A model generated the notes under the pieces. The model saw nothing but the letters and a program-made list of their open reading frames with translations, was not told the origin of the DNA and made no database searches. From positions 11,718,001 through 11,782,000 of the forward strand of contig OX597824.1 of NCBI GenBank assembly GCA_951406725.2: 64,000 bases of DNA, given 5' to 3'. A program made the translations under genes and the position numbers. Origin of the DNA: Octopus vulgaris. Lineage: Eukaryota. Positions 51,361 through 64,000 of the stretch are shown here, one piece after another (positions within the stretch are counted from its first letter, which is position 1; each line of letters begins with the position of its first letter).

Positions 51361-51905
51361 AACTGGTACTCTGTCGGTTACGACGACGAGGTTTTCAGTT
51401 GTTCTGATAAATGGAACTGTCTGCTTGAGAAATTAACATGCAAGTGGCTGAGGACACCACAGACACGTATACCCTTAATGTAGTACACAGAGAGTTTCTG
51501 CATGAAACGGAATGTGACAAGGCTGGCCCTTTGAAATAGAGATACAATTCGTTTTTGCCAGCTGAGTGAAATGGAGCAATATGAAATAAAGTGCCTTGCC
51601 CAAGGACACAACATGCCACTAGGGGTCAAACTCACGAGCTGAATACCCTATTTCTTTACTACCCACAAGGGACTAAACACAGAGGGGACAAACAAGGACA
51701 GATAAACGGATTAAGTCGTGTACCAGTGCATAACTGGTACTTATTTAATCGACCCCGAAAGGATGAAAGGCAAAGTCGCCCATGGCGGAATTTGAACTCA
51801 GAACGTAACGGCAGACGAAATACTGCTAAGCATTTCGCCCGGTGTGCTAACGATTCTGCCAGCTCGCCACCCTCTCAAAGCTGAATACCCTAACCATTAA
51901 ACCAC
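51361..51905 (-). mobile_element. tRNA-derived SINE interrupted by SINE A (51647-51868)
   Basis: AGCTGAATACCCTA duplicated around the SINE A insertion. Confidence 0.7.
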
Positions 51906-52472
51906 ATACACAAGGACAAACAGACAGAAAGACAGATAGATAGATAGATAGATACAACAGATCTCCACACAGCTTCCATCTTCCAAACTCACTCACAAGT
52001 CATTGGTTAGGACTATAATAAAAGACACGTGCCCAAGGTGCCACGCAGAGGGACTGAACTCAAACCCACGTGGCAGCAAAGCAAACGTCTTAACCAACCA
52101 CGCACAGCCATGCCTTTCGTACTCTTACATATATTGAAATGTAATTACGTAGTCTGTAATGTTGCTGCTACTGATGATGACGTAGACAACTGAATAGCTA
52201 CAAATATTTTTTATGGGCTTAACTTTGTTAAACATCCGAGAGGAGCGGCAAGTAACTCGTAAAGAGGTCAAGAAAGAAGGCCAGCTATTTCACCATGAAC
52301 GACTGACTGGTTGTTTTGTTGTTGATTGTGCTTTGTATCAATAATAACCATTGAAAGTAAAAACTTCAAACAAAATATATTCTGAATTCTGTAACAATTC
52401 ATTTGGAAACACAACCAGACGATTAAACGTAACGACATGCCATTGCATAATAGGTATTGGTTTCAAATTAAG

Positions 52473-52893
52473 GGGGCGAGCTGGCAGAAACGTTAGCACG
52501 CCGGGCGAAATGCTTAGCAGTATTTCGTCTGCCGTTGCGTTCTGAGTTCAAATTCCGCCGAGGTCGACTTTGCCTTTCATCCTTTCGGGATCGATAAATT
52601 AAGTACCAGTTACACACTGGGATCGATATAATCGACTTAATGCATTTGTCTGTCCTTGTTTGTCCCCTCTGTGTTTAGCCCTTTGTGGGTAGTAAAGAAT
52701 TAGAAATAGGTATTTTGTCTGCCGTTACGCTCTGAGTTCAAATTCCGCCGAGGTCGACTTTGTCTTTCATCCTTTCGGGATCGATAAATTAAGTACCAGT
52801 TGCACACTTGGATCGATATAATCGACTTAATCCGTTTGTCTGTTCTTGTTTGTCCTCTCTGTGTTTAGCCCCTTGTGGGTAGTAAAGAAATAG
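52473..52893 (+). mobile_element. SINE family A tandem dimer
   Basis: TSD AATAGGTATTGGTTTCAAATT (52449-52469, 52889-52909). Confidence 0.9.
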
Positions 52894-52894
52894 G

Positions 52895-53310
52895 TATTGG
52901 TTTCAAATTTTGGCACAAGGGCTGCAATTTCGGGGGAACGGGTTAGTCAATTACATTGCCCTCTCCCCCAGTGCGCAACTGGTACTTATTTTATCAACCC
53001 CAAAAGGCAAAGTGGATCTCAGGCGGAATTTTAAATCAGAATGTAAAGATGGACAAAACGTCACTAAGCCTTTTGTCCATGGTGTGCTAACGATTCTTCC
53101 AGGTTGCAATCCTTAACGAGTTATTAAATATTGGTTTCAAATTTTGGCACAAGGCCAGCAGTGTCAGGGGTGAAGGCAAGTCAATTACATTGACCCCCAT
53201 TGCTCAACTGGTATGTATTTTATCGACCCCAAGAGGACGAAAGGCAAAGCCGATCTCAGGTGGAATTTGAACTCAGAACTCCAAGACAGACAAAATGCAG
53301 TTAAGCATTA
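52895..53310 (-). mobile_element. Two SINE A-type copies (alternative tail)
   Basis: TATTGGTTTCAAATTTTGGCACAAGG starts at about 52895 and 53128. Confidence 0.75.
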
Positions 53311-53641
53311 CACACCAGGTATTAATAATTACATACTTGCTCGATGAGACCACTGTTGTATTATGATTGAAGTTTTGTGGTGATACGGGTCAAGTCAGCT
53401 TAAAAATGTGAATGACCATTGGCTTACTGAGATTGTTAACTTGATACCAGTCTAATCTTACAAGTTCACAGTTACGCTAGATGATATCAGTCTGTGTAAC
53501 CAACCATGAACAGGGTTGATCTGTTACACCCTCACTTAAAAACCATTTGTCATACTTGCTTCTTGGTACTAACAAGGCAAGTCTCTTTCTATTCTAGAAA
53601 TTTGATAATTTAACCATTTCTTATATCTTGATTATATATAT

Positions 53642-53801
53642 ATCATCATCATCATCGTTTAATGTCCGCTTTTCATGCTAGCATCGGTTGAACGATTTGA
53701 CTGAGGGCTGTTGAACCAGATGGCTGCACCAGGCTTCAATCTTGATCTGGCAGAGTTTCTACAGCTGGATGCCCTTCCTAATGCCAACCACTCCGAGAGT
53801 G
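53642..53801 (-). mobile_element. RTE extreme 3' fragment
   Basis: Matches 7886-8045. Confidence 0.8.
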
Positions 53802-54222
53802 TCGATATATATTAATAATTCAAATTTACAGAAAACAAAAGTGTAGGAAAAGTCTTTTATGTTTCAAGCCTATGCTCTTCGACAGAAAGGATTAAGATGG
53901 AGGGAAAAAGGAGGGAGAATGAAAAAAAATCTTTTTAGGGATTTCAACACGATGAAAGGGAAATAATTACAGTGACTTGGCAGAATGACTATTCACTGCG
54001 TGTGTATGCGAGAATGGTGTTTGTGAGTGTGTAAGTAAGAATTGGGGTGAATGTGTGAGTGAGCTGAAAAATATGTGTATCTGTGTATGTGTGTAAGTGA
54101 CCCAGTGCATACATTATGTGGAGTGATATGTCTTACATGTACTGGTATATATGAGTATACCTAGGGTATGTGTTGTGTGTTTTGTGTATCAGACATATAT
54201 TATATACGTGAGTGTGTATATA

Positions 54223-55333
54223 CAGGGTGCATAAGGTATTTGATGACATAACATTTTTTGGGTCATTGCTGTATTTTTTGCTAACTCTGTATAATCTTTG
54301 TTTCAGAAAATAATAATAGCAGTCCCTCAGCTTACTTAAGAAATGAAGAGGCATGCTGTTGTTGTGGTTATAAATGCTGAGCATAGCAATTTAGAAATAT
54401 CTTGATTTTTAAAAGTGGCCAGATCTTTCGTCCACAAAGTTTGTAAGGAAGATGGAAATGTATCACCAGTATCAAAGCATAAAAAGCATTCTAAATGCTC
54501 TGAAATCATCAGAACACCTGAATTTATTCAGCAAGTTCAACAGACCATTGATTTCAATCCCAGAAAGTCCATGAGGTCAATTGCAAAATATTTCCATGTG
54601 TCAGAAGGAAGTCAGAAATGTTGTCCATGAAAACATCAGATGGAAGCCTTATATGATGAGGAAAGGTCAATTTTGTCAGAAGAAGCAAAAGAAACTCACT
54701 ACATCAGATTTAAAGGATCTTAAACAAATTGAAAAATCCAGTAGAAGAAGATTTGATTTGGTTTTTCTCAAACAAGAAAAACTTCGACCAAGATCAAAAA
54801 AGTTAACAGAAGAAATGACAGATGGTTACGTGCAGATCCTTCTGAAATTCAAAGTGTTATATATACAAAATTTCCTGCAACTGTCATGGTTTAGGGGTTG
54901 TCAGCAAAGAAGGACATGTAATGCCACCTTACTTCTTTCCACAAGGCCTTCCATTGAGGTCCTGGAAATAATTGTTTAACCCTGGACAGACAGTGTATAC
55001 AATGGAAGGCAATATGTGTTTCAGTAAGTCTCTTCACTATCACACATGGCTCTAGTAACACAGAAATGGATGGCTGAAAATTTTCATGATCACATAACCC
55101 CTAACATTTGGCTTCCTAATTCCCCAGATCTCAATCCATTAGACTATTACACGTGGAGAGTTGTTGAGAGAGATGTTCATGAATATGCCCATAACACCAA
55201 AGATTCTTTGGAAGATGCCATAGTCAGAGAAGGTTTATTTTTTAGCCTCATAGCATTTTTTGAAAAATAAAGCTGTTATATATCTGTTTTTTTCATAAGC
55301 ATAAATCCGTCCTCAGATATCTTATGCACTCTG
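54223..55333 (+). mobile_element. Mariner-like (maT/DD37D-type) transposon, degenerate, TIRs present
   Basis: TIRs CAGGGTGCATAAGGTATTTGATGAC / GTCCTCAGATATCTTATGCACTCTG; RTPEFIQQVQ..NPRKSMRSIAK, WLPNSPDLNPLDYY. Confidence 0.85.
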
Positions 55334-55361
55334 TGTGTGTGTGTGTGTGTGTGTATAAACA

Positions 55362-56545
55362 CAGACATGACAGAAGTAATTAGACAATCCATAAAACATC
55401 ATTTTATGTTTATTCCACTTTGCAAAGGTTTATATTTTTTATTAATTGACATTTTTATGTTTCAGGTTCTATATGTGACTATTTAATCTTGCCATGTACA
55501 AAAGAAGCATAGGAACTGTCTGAATTTCAAAGAGGCCATACTGTGGATCATTTTAAAGGTGGACTTAGCATAAAATTGCAGAAAACTTTGGGATCCTGCT
55601 TTCTACAGTTAATAGAGCGATTGTGCACTTCACCAGAGAGGGGAAGGAGTCCACATCACCTCACCCAGCTTGACCAGGGCCCTCTGATAGGACTCTTCTC
55701 TTTATTAAGAGAAGTGTGGAGGATAATCCTCGTTGCAAGGCCTCTGACATAGCAGAACAAATTGGTATCAGTCCCAGAACAGCCGTCAGGTATCTCCACA
55801 AACTTGGTTACTATGGCAGAACAGCAAGGAAGCTTCTTTGACCAGCCAATATCAAGTGGAGAAAGATTAAGCTAATGAGGTGGTGGAGAGTCCACTAGCA
55901 TTTTGGGATACTGCCATATTCTCCAATGAGTCCAGATTTGTTGTATTTTCTGACAGTAGTCGAGTTTGGGTCTGGAGACTCTGTGATCAAGAATTTGATG
56001 TGAAAAGATTGTAGCCACAGTTATTCTGTGATGGTCTGGGGAGCAATTTGGAGCAATGGTCAATTAGAGCTGATGGAGTATGAGGGAAACATAAACTCAG
56101 ATAAATATTTGTCCATATTGCAGAAAAGACTCCTTCCAATATTCTCAAGTGGTGAAATGATCGAAGAAGACTCTTTATTTATGGAAGATGGGGCTCCTTG
56201 TCACATAGCTAAAATGACCCAAGATTTGTTGGAAGAGAATGGTATTAAAAAGCTTCCATGGCCAAACCAGTCACCAGATATGAACCCTATTGAACACCTC
56301 TGTGGCATAATAGATAGGACACTTCATAAAAAGAGCAATAAAGTATCTTCAAAGCCAGATCTTTTGAAATTATTGCAAGAGAATATTCATCATCTCATCA
56401 TTAGCATGCCTAATATGGTCCTTGCATTGAAAAACACAAAGGGCATGTTTACTAAATATTAGACACTCACATTATAACAATGAATGTATAATTTCAGATT
56501 TAAATAAATTTTCATGATTATAAGAGTATCTATTTACTTTTGTCA

Positions 56546-56551
<6 letters not shown>
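55362..56551 (+). mobile_element. Tc1-like (DD34E-type) transposon, degenerate, TIRs present
   Basis: TIRs CAGACATGACAGAAGTAATTAGACA / TATCTATTTACTTTTGTCATGTTTG; VMVWGAI, FMEDGAPCH, WPNQSPDMNPIEHL, KGMFTKY*. Confidence 0.88.
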
Positions 56552-56585
<34 letters not shown>

Positions 56586-56618
56586 CACCCACACACACAC
56601 AGATATATTTATGTGCAG

Positions 56619-56975
56619 AGGTGCCTGTGTGATAAGAAGTTTGCTTTCAAACCACATGGTTCTGAGTTCAGTTCCACTGCATATGACCTTGGGCAAGTGT
56701 TTTCTACAATAGCGTCATGCCGACCAAAGACTTGTGAGTGGATTTGGTAGACAAAAACTGAAAGAAACCCATCGTATATACTTATATGCGTGTGTCACTA
56801 CTGCTTAACAACTGTTGGTTTGTTTCCGTCCCTGTATCTTGGTGGTTTGGCAGAGAGATACTGATAGAATAAGTATCAGTTTTATGAAAAAATATAATTA
56901 GTATGACTTTTTCAACTAAACCCTTCAATGCAGTGCTCCAGCATGACCACAATCTGTTAACTGAAACAAGTAAAG
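56619..56975 (+). mobile_element. SINE family B (diverged)
   Basis: Head, CORE-like motif and tail recognisable. Confidence 0.7.
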
Positions 56976-58527
56976 GAAATATATATATATATATATATAT
57001 ACAAATTGAGATAGGGGTTGTAAATGCAACCCTCCATGGGATAACATGTTCTGTTTTTTTATGTTTAACCCTACAGTCTCTTATGTGGTGGTTTAATAAA
57101 GTATGTGATTGAGTATTATCTGGGAATTGATATTTGATTTAGATGTATTTCTCCATTTTCTTATCTTGTGTATATATATATATATATATAACGAGTGATA
57201 GAGATGGAGAATGGAATATATGAGAAACTTTATTGCTCCGACACATCTTGAATCGGTCCTTCATGAGTGGGATACTGCACAACTGGTTGTGGTGAACCCC
57301 TTGGTGCAGACACATCTTCTCAGGCGATGTTATAAGAGGGTATGTCGTTAAATAAACTCGGTTTTCACTCAGCAGTGAACGTGCTTCATTGGCTTACCAC
57401 TAGGAACATGCCCAACACTTAAATACGCACACACACACACACACACATATGTATGCGTGTGTGTGTATATTTATTGAATTATACAGTATTATAGATCCAT
57501 TACAGCCAATTTTACAAACTGCTTTTGCCTTGGATATTAGAATAATCGGACAACTATCTGATTAAGTACACTCATCAGAGATGGGAGGTATGGAAAAAAA
57601 ATGGTCACTGCTCTCTGTTACTGACGGTAAGGAAGTGCCACATCCGGTTTATAGAGGTGATGGTGGGAGATATAATCAACCAAATTGACCCCAATATTTA
57701 TCTGGTATCTTATTTTTAGTCAACTGAAGAAAGATAAGCAAAAATTGCTGTTGACGGGGATTAACACTTAACGACATGGGGGAGACGTTAGATATTTAGT
57801 CCGGCACCTTGACTTTTCTGCTGGCCACCTGCTTCTACATTTGTATAATTACCCATTATGATGTGATTAATTCTTAATTGCTATTTAATTTCAAAAGTAG
57901 AGCATTAATGAGACACAGTTATTTCATTTATTCAATAATTTTAGCTTAAACAAACCAATTAGGAGCTCAAGACTCAACTCTTTGAAGTACTGATTACATA
58001 TGCCCTGCCTAGAATCATTAGATGTCGGCCAAAATAATACCTTGCTGTATTCTTTTACAGCTCTTATCGTTTCGTTCCTACATTTAAAAAGAATCCTTGT
58101 TAGAAACATTAACCCCACCCGCTCCTCATAAAATATTAGGTGTTATAAGGCTCCGGGAAAAATCAATGCACTGGGGCTTATAACATTTATTTATTGAAAG
58201 TAATCCACAACATACATACATCAGAATTAGGCCCTTAGACTCATGAGGCCCTCGGGCAACTGTTCGGTGTGCTTATGCCCTAAGATGGCTCTGAAAGTGG
58301 CGGGGGCGAGCTGTTAGTAGAATCGACCCTCCTTCAGTGCATAGTATTTTATTTTATTGACCCCTGAAATGTCGAAAAGATAACTTCACAGGCCGATGTC
58401 TTAAAAAAAAAAAAACCTTTGAAAAACAAAATGGGAGCTGGTCACAACTGGTCAGCGTTTGGTTGGATCAAGGATGCCTTGGAGGTTAAACAACAACAAC
58501 GAGGTATTAAATATTTTTTTTTTACTT

Positions 58528-58735
58528 ATTTTGGCACAAGGCCAGCGGATTATAAGGGGTGGGGAAGTCGATTACATCGACCCGAGTGCTCGACCGGTAC
58601 TTATTTTATCGACCCCAAGAGGATGAAAGGCAAAGTCAGCCTCAGCAGAATTTGAACGCAGAACACAGAGACGGCCGAAATGCTACTAAGCTGTTTTCCA
58701 AGCGTTGCCAACAGTTAATGCCAGCTCGCCGCTTT
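58528..58735 (-). mobile_element. SINE A-type (alternative tail)
   Basis: TTTTGGCACAAGGCCAGC...GCCAGCTCGCCGC. Confidence 0.75.
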
Positions 58736-58969
58736 ACGAGTTATTAAATGCTGTAAAAGAATTTTCCTCGCCCAGGGCCTCTACCAGCTAAAACAAACAA
58801 GTTCAGCTAAAGTTTTAAAAAAATTGAAAGCTGATCTCCCGTCTATAATAGATGTGTGACGTCCGTCCACAAGGCGGACGATACAAAAATGTTACTTAAA
58901 TAGAAACAAAATAAAAGTTATAGAATATCAAAAACTGATTTAAAGAAAAGAAAAGAAAAAATTGCTTAC

Positions 58970-59054
58970 CTGCAGCATCTAATCCAAGCATCATAATGCG
59001 CGATTCTTCGCGGTTTGAATGAGAAAATGTAAATCGTGAAAACAATATACCCAT
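58970..59054 (-). CDS. ARF/ARL-family small GTPase, coding exon 1
   Basis: ATG at 59054 reads MGILFSRFTFSHSNREESRIMMLGLDAA(G): Gly2 myristoylation site and start of P-loop. Ends in donor GCAG|GTAAG (phase 1). Not in the ORF track (too short). Confidence 0.9.
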
Positions 59055-59227
59055 ATTTTGTGTTAATTTTAAAATAAAAAAAATATATATGTTTTATAAA
59101 TATTTATATACAGACTTTATCCTTGTTTTGTGTTGGATATTTATGCGTGTGTGTTTGCGTGCGAGAGAAAAGAAAGAAGTATATTATATATATGTTCTTC
59201 TTCTTATACAGTGTTGCTTTGACTTAT

Positions 59228-59273
59228 TCCTCAGACTGAGTGAGTCTGAGGAGGCAATGTCTGGATATTTATA
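59228..59273 (-). promoter_or_regulatory. Putative core promoter of the ARF-like gene (TATA + Inr-like)
   Basis: Minus-strand TATAAATA (59273-59266) lies about 32-36 nt upstream of Inr-like TCACTC/TCAGTC (59243-59234), about 185 nt before the ATG. No transcript evidence. Confidence 0.35.
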
Positions 59274-60259
59274 TGATGCTTAACTTCATCCGAATGCTAC
59301 AATTGGTTGTTAGTTGGAAGACAAAAAGCTACGTGAGAAAATATCAAGCATAACTCGAACTGTCCAGGAAATCTTTCTCTCTCATCTCTCTTTCACTCTA
59401 ACTATCCTCACTTTCTCTCTCTCTTATATCTTTCTTTCTCTCACACTCAAGCTTTCCTTTCACCTCTTCCTCCTTCCCTTTCTTTCTCTCTGTTTGATCT
59501 TATTTACTTTCATCTGAGTTCTAGGACAATAGCGTCACTCCATTTCGAGTGATAAGTGCTTTAAGGTGTGGTGTAGCATAATAGATACCTCGAGAGTTGC
59601 AATAGACTCTACGAGTGGAAAAAATTAGCATAATTGTTACTTCCGCCTCACTTTTTGGCTAGTGTTGTAGTTGTTGTTGCTGCAGCTAAGTAATTTCTTA
59701 GGTTAGCAAAAACTATTTTTTAAACGTATGGATAGAGAGAACTCGATTGGGACGAAACTTATTATAGAACTGCCATTTTTTTAATCGACTCCAACGTGGA
59801 AGGGGAACATAGTTATCCTCAGGAGGAAGGTAGGGAAAAGAATCAGCTTCAGTGTGTGTGTGTGTGGGGGTTATCTTATCTTTTTATTTTTTACTTCTTT
59901 CAGTCATTGAACTGCAGCCCTGCTGGAGCACCGCTTTTGTTGGGTTTTCTAGTCGGACGAATCGATCCCAGAGCTTATTTTTTAAAAGCCTGGTACTTAT
60001 TCTGTCCACGTGTTTTACCGAACTGCTAGGTCACAGGGACGTAAACAAACCGACATCGATTATCAAGTGGAGAGGACCAGACGGGGAGAAGGATGATGTA
60101 AGCGGCTTAGGAAGGTGGGATAGAGAGGTAAAGGAAGAGCAAGAAGAAATAGATGTAAGGCGGGGGAGGGAGAGGTAGGTCGGTAATCGGGGGAGTGAAT
60201 GGAAGTAGTAGAAGTGAGCCGGAGGGGGAGAGAAGGGGGTAAGATGAGGTCTGTACATT

Positions 60260-61088
60260 GCGAAGATGTAAACGGAACCCTCCTCTCTATGAATTTTTTA
60301 ATATTTTTACGGAATCCCCCGTTTTATGCTATGGAGATTCCGATTCTAAAAAAAAATTTCCAAAAATCGCAACTTCAAAATTTCAATTCCACTCCCACCC
60401 CCATTTCTAAATTTTTCACTTTTTCCGGAATTTTTTTTTTTTTAATTGCGAAATACATAGAAAAATACGGAGATTATGATTCTGAAAAAAATTGTTTGTA
60501 AAATTTCAAAAAAAAAAAAAAAATTAATAAATAGGTGCAGGAGTGGGTGTGTGGTAAGTAACTTGCTAACCAAACACATGGTTCCGGGTTCAGTCCCACT
60601 GTGTGGCACCTTGGGCAAGTGTCTTCTGCTATAGCCCCGGGCCGACCAATGCCTTATGAGTGGATTTGGTAGACGGAAACTGAAAGAAGCCCGTCGTATA
60701 TATGTATATATATGTGTGTTTGTCCCCCTAGCATTGCTTGACAACCGATGCTGGTGTGTTTACGTCCCCGTCACTTAGCGGTTCGGCAAAAGAGACCGAT
60801 AGAATAAGTACTGGGCTTACAAAAGAATGAATAAGTAAAATACCTAACTCCCTCCACTCCCGATTCTACTGATTTGGCCTTCAAGCAGGCTATCCACATG
60901 CTAGAAATGACAGCTAAATTTCACAAAACAGCAAAGAAATGTGTAATCAATCTACTCACCTTGAAATTTTGAAGTTGCGATTAAAAAAAATTTTTTTTTT
61001 CAGAATCGGAATCTCCATAGCCTAAAACGTGGGATTCCGCAAAAGAAAAAAAATTAAAGAGGGGGATGGTTCCGTTTACATCTCCGCA
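60260..61088. mobile_element. MITE-like inverted repeat pair (about 125 bp arms) with nested SINE B (60532-60825)
   Basis: AGATGTAAACGGAACC..CTATGGAGATTCCGATTCT..AATCGCAACTTCAAAATTTCAA and its reverse complement at 60961-61088. Confidence 0.75.
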
Positions 61089-61168
61089 CCCCGCGTGCAC
61101 CCCTTCCTCTTCTCCCCTTTAACATTTAAATCCCACACACCATTATGTGGACTACTATAATCAATAAA

Positions 61169-61563
61169 CTAGCAGTATCGCCCGGCGTTGCTCGGGTTTG
61201 TTTCGACCCTTTAGAATTGGAATTTTTGAAAAGTAAAAATTTTGCATTATGTAGCTTGTTATTCTCTTTAAGTGAACATTTTCCTGGTTGAAATACACCG
61301 AAAAATGGCGATACAGCAGTCAAGATATCGTAAAAATAGGGATTTTCATAGAAAAAAAGCACCTTTCTGATGTAAATAAATTTTGGTGTTAACATGGTCC
61401 GATTTGAATTTTGTCTTCTACGGAAGGAAGAGCAAGCCTTCTTCTATCAAACTCTCAATTTTGGTCAACTTGTGCCGCAGGGTCTCGGAGAAGATAGTAT
61501 TAGTTGAAGGCTACCAAACCTGCCATACACAGACAACTTCAGCTTTATATATATAGGGAGAGA
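61169..61563 (-). mobile_element. Non-autonomous Helitron
   Basis: Reverse copy of 40041-40433; hairpin CCCGAGC-AAC-GCCGGG, CTAG|T. Confidence 0.8.
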
Positions 61564-61744
61564 TTTCTCCTGGGAAGGAAAACCAGTCTTATGGTAATAT
61601 CGATATGCGACCATTTATTAGATGCGTATTCCTGACTTTTTGCCCATTCTATCTGCTAATTATGCACATTACGATTATGACATAATTCTGAGTTTCTAGG
61701 ATCAGCTGTCAAGTAAAAAAAAACTATGAGTACTTTTTGGGTTA

Positions 61745-62235
61745 TCTCACCCCCATCAAAAAATTGGGTTATCTCTCCCAACTATAAAAAAAATACAGTT
61801 CTATATTTAAGAGATGAGGAATTATGTACATTATTTACATTAGACGGATATTTATCCTCATCTTGTTGTGTCTGGGGAGAGTCATTCTCTTTTAGTGCCT
61901 TATTATTTAAGACTATTGAAAAGGTTGCAAGACGCAACGAAAAATTTTAGAAAATAAAAAATAAGAAATAAGTGGAAATTTTACCGGTGAGTGTGTTAAA
62001 TAATAAGGCACTAAAAGAGAATGACTCTCCCCAGACACAACAGAATATGCTTCAACACACGAACTTACATAAAGAATCTTGCAAACCAAATCCCAAAACG
62101 AAATATCCTCATCTTGTTTGTTGTTAACACAACTTTTCGGCTGATATACCCTCCAGCCTTCTTCAGGTGTCTTGGGGGAAATTTCGAACCTTGGTTCTCA
62201 TTCCTAAGGTATTTTTTTCCGATGCTTTTATTGTT
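61745..62235 (-). mobile_element. Penelope-like remnant with internal inverted repeat
   Basis: Inverted repeat 61863-61908 / 61998-62042; duplicated ATCCTCATCTTGTT; hammerhead motif. Confidence 0.55.
62127..62170 (-). ncRNA. Hammerhead motif (stem III mutated) in Penelope-like remnant
   Basis: Minus strand ACAC-CTGAAGA-A-GGCTG-gagggtatat-CAGCC-GAAA-AG-TT-GTGT. Confidence 0.6.
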
Positions 62236-62376
62236 GTTGTTGTTGTTCAGGTCACTGCTTGGAATCGAACTCGGAATCTTAGGGTTAGTAGCCCGCGCTC
62301 TTAACCACTACGCCATAGGCTGGAGTGAAATTTGTGTTTTTGTGATCACGTGTATGCTGTAGTCTGCGATTCTGTG

Positions 62377-62463
62377 ATGGAGAAGTTGGAACAAAGAACG
62401 AACGTGAAATTTTGCATTAACTTGGGAATTCTGCTACAGAGTCTTTGAGCATGCTTCGGCAAG
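62377..62463 (+). mobile_element. Mariner transposase N-terminal fragment
   Basis: MEKLEQRTNVKFCI-/-GNSATESLSMLRQ (one frameshift). Confidence 0.6.
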
Positions 62464-62664
62464 ATGTACTGTGGCCTAATGTGGCAGAACCGTCTAAATA
62501 ACGGTTCCGTTCAGAAGAGTGGAAAAGAAGATATCACTTCTCGAAGAAAGAACACCGTGTATTGAACATCTCAGAATTAAGTTTTAGTTTTTATACCTTT
62601 TAATTGAGGTCTCAGATATGCACAAGTAGAATAAGTTATACAAAATATTTACAGGTGAAAACCA

Positions 62665-62822
62665 TAGGCGCAGGAGTGGATGTGTGGTAAGTAGCTTGCT
62701 TACCAACCACATGGTTCCGGGTTCAGTCCCACTGCGTGGCACCTTGGGCAAGTGACTTCTACTATAAAGCCTTGTGAGTGGATTTGGTAGACGGAAACTG
62801 AAAGAAGCCTGTCGTATATATG

Positions 62823-62862
<40 letters not shown>

Positions 62863-63075
62863 CGTGCGTGTATGTCTGTGTGTCCCCCTAGCATTGCTTG
62901 ACAACCGATGCTGGTGTGTTTACGTCTCCGTCACTTAGCGGTTCGGCAAAAGAGGCCGATAGAATAAGTACTGGGTTTACAAAGAATAAGTTCTGGGGTC
63001 GCGTTGCTCGACTAAAGGCGGTGCTCCAGCATGGCCGCAGTGAAATGACTGAAACAAGTAAAAGAGTAAAAGAGT
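62665..63075 (+). mobile_element. SINE family B
   Basis: Full-length copy. Confidence 0.85.
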
Positions 63076-63510
63076 AAGTGAAGACCATGTTCATTTTCTG
63101 TGGAATCCAAGCCATAGCTGTTTAATGGCTACTTGCCGTTACTTGTCTCATGGTGAGATGGAGAGGCACAGAAAATGAATCATGGCAATACAGTTGTATG
63201 AACAATGCAAAGTTACAAACATGAAAGAAAGATGCAGAAAAACAATGTCTGTTCGGGAAGAGAACAAAATGTGTCATACACTGGTACAAGCTAATTTTTT
63301 ATCTTCGACAGGCAAATCTGAAAATATGAACAGTCTTGCTGAAAAAAGAGAAATGTGTGTATGGTGTGTGTGTGTACATATATACAGTGTTTCTTTATGT
63401 TTGTAAGCAAGCGTGTGAAATGCACAATGCTGGTGAGAAAAGAAAAATGCGTGCGGTGTGTGCTCAACAAATAGGGTATATTCACCGGAACAGTTTATGA
63501 CAAGGCAAAG

Positions 63511-64000
63511 TTATGAAATATAAATTGTCTTGGACAGTTTCTTTGGCCAATGAACCGATCTGCCCGAGCGTGTCATGTAGGGTGAAGAAGAACGTGTTTG
63601 TAAAGTCCGTTTGGTAATAAGTGGAGGAGGTGCTTGTGGTGGTGGATGTGTCTGTGGAAGTGAAAGTGAGAGTGTCTGTTGTATGATGGATGTGTCTGCG
63701 AGTGGTATAAGTGCTTCAGAAAAAGCTTTTTTCACTGTCAATAGAGATAGCCTTTTTTTTTTACCATTAATGTCCACAGTAAACAGATTAGGAGTGCTCT
63801 TTAGAACACGATAGGGACCTGAGTAAGGTGGTGTGAGTGATCCTTTGACGGAACCATTTCATATGAATACATGACTCCATGTGGAAATGTCCGGAGGGAC
63901 TGCAGAAGGCACAGACTGGTCGTGTGGAAGCATTGGTGGTAGGTCAGCGAAGAATGACCTGAGTCGTGTAACATATAATGCAGGATCCACGTTTGGTAGG
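63511..64000 (-). mobile_element. Gypsy LTR-retrotransposon integrase C-terminus (degenerate)
   Basis: YVTRLRSFF..SHVFI*NGSVKGSLTPPYSGPYRVL (GPY/F motif)..VDINGK..TRSGRSVHWP. Confidence 0.75.

Overview
AT-rich, microsatellite-dense animal genomic DNA. The SINE/LINE repertoire and (TATG)/(TA)/(GATA) tracts suggest a coleoid cephalopod such as Octopus; this is an inference, not a database match. Only one host gene is supported: a minus-strand, 3-coding-exon ADP-ribosylation-factor-family small GTPase (59054-58970, 45754-45581, 43591-43284; 188 aa). Most of the rest is transposon-derived: RTE, Tx1/L1, CR1 and R4/Dong LINE fragments, several tRNA-derived SINE families, Penelope-like fold-back remnants, non-autonomous Helitrons, Tc1/mariner, MULE, MITEs and a Gypsy integrase tail. 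Most notable: (i) several hammerhead-ribozyme motifs, including a G3:C8-swapped core on the sense strand of ARF intron 2; (ii) a 79-nt copy of ARF exon 2 placed downstream of its own gene between 12-bp direct repeats; (iii) the commonest SINE shares its 3' 42 nt and terminal stem-loop with the Tx1/L1-clade LINE in this window; (iv) a SINE-derived higher-order minisatellite. All alignments were made by eye, and repeat boundaries are approximate.
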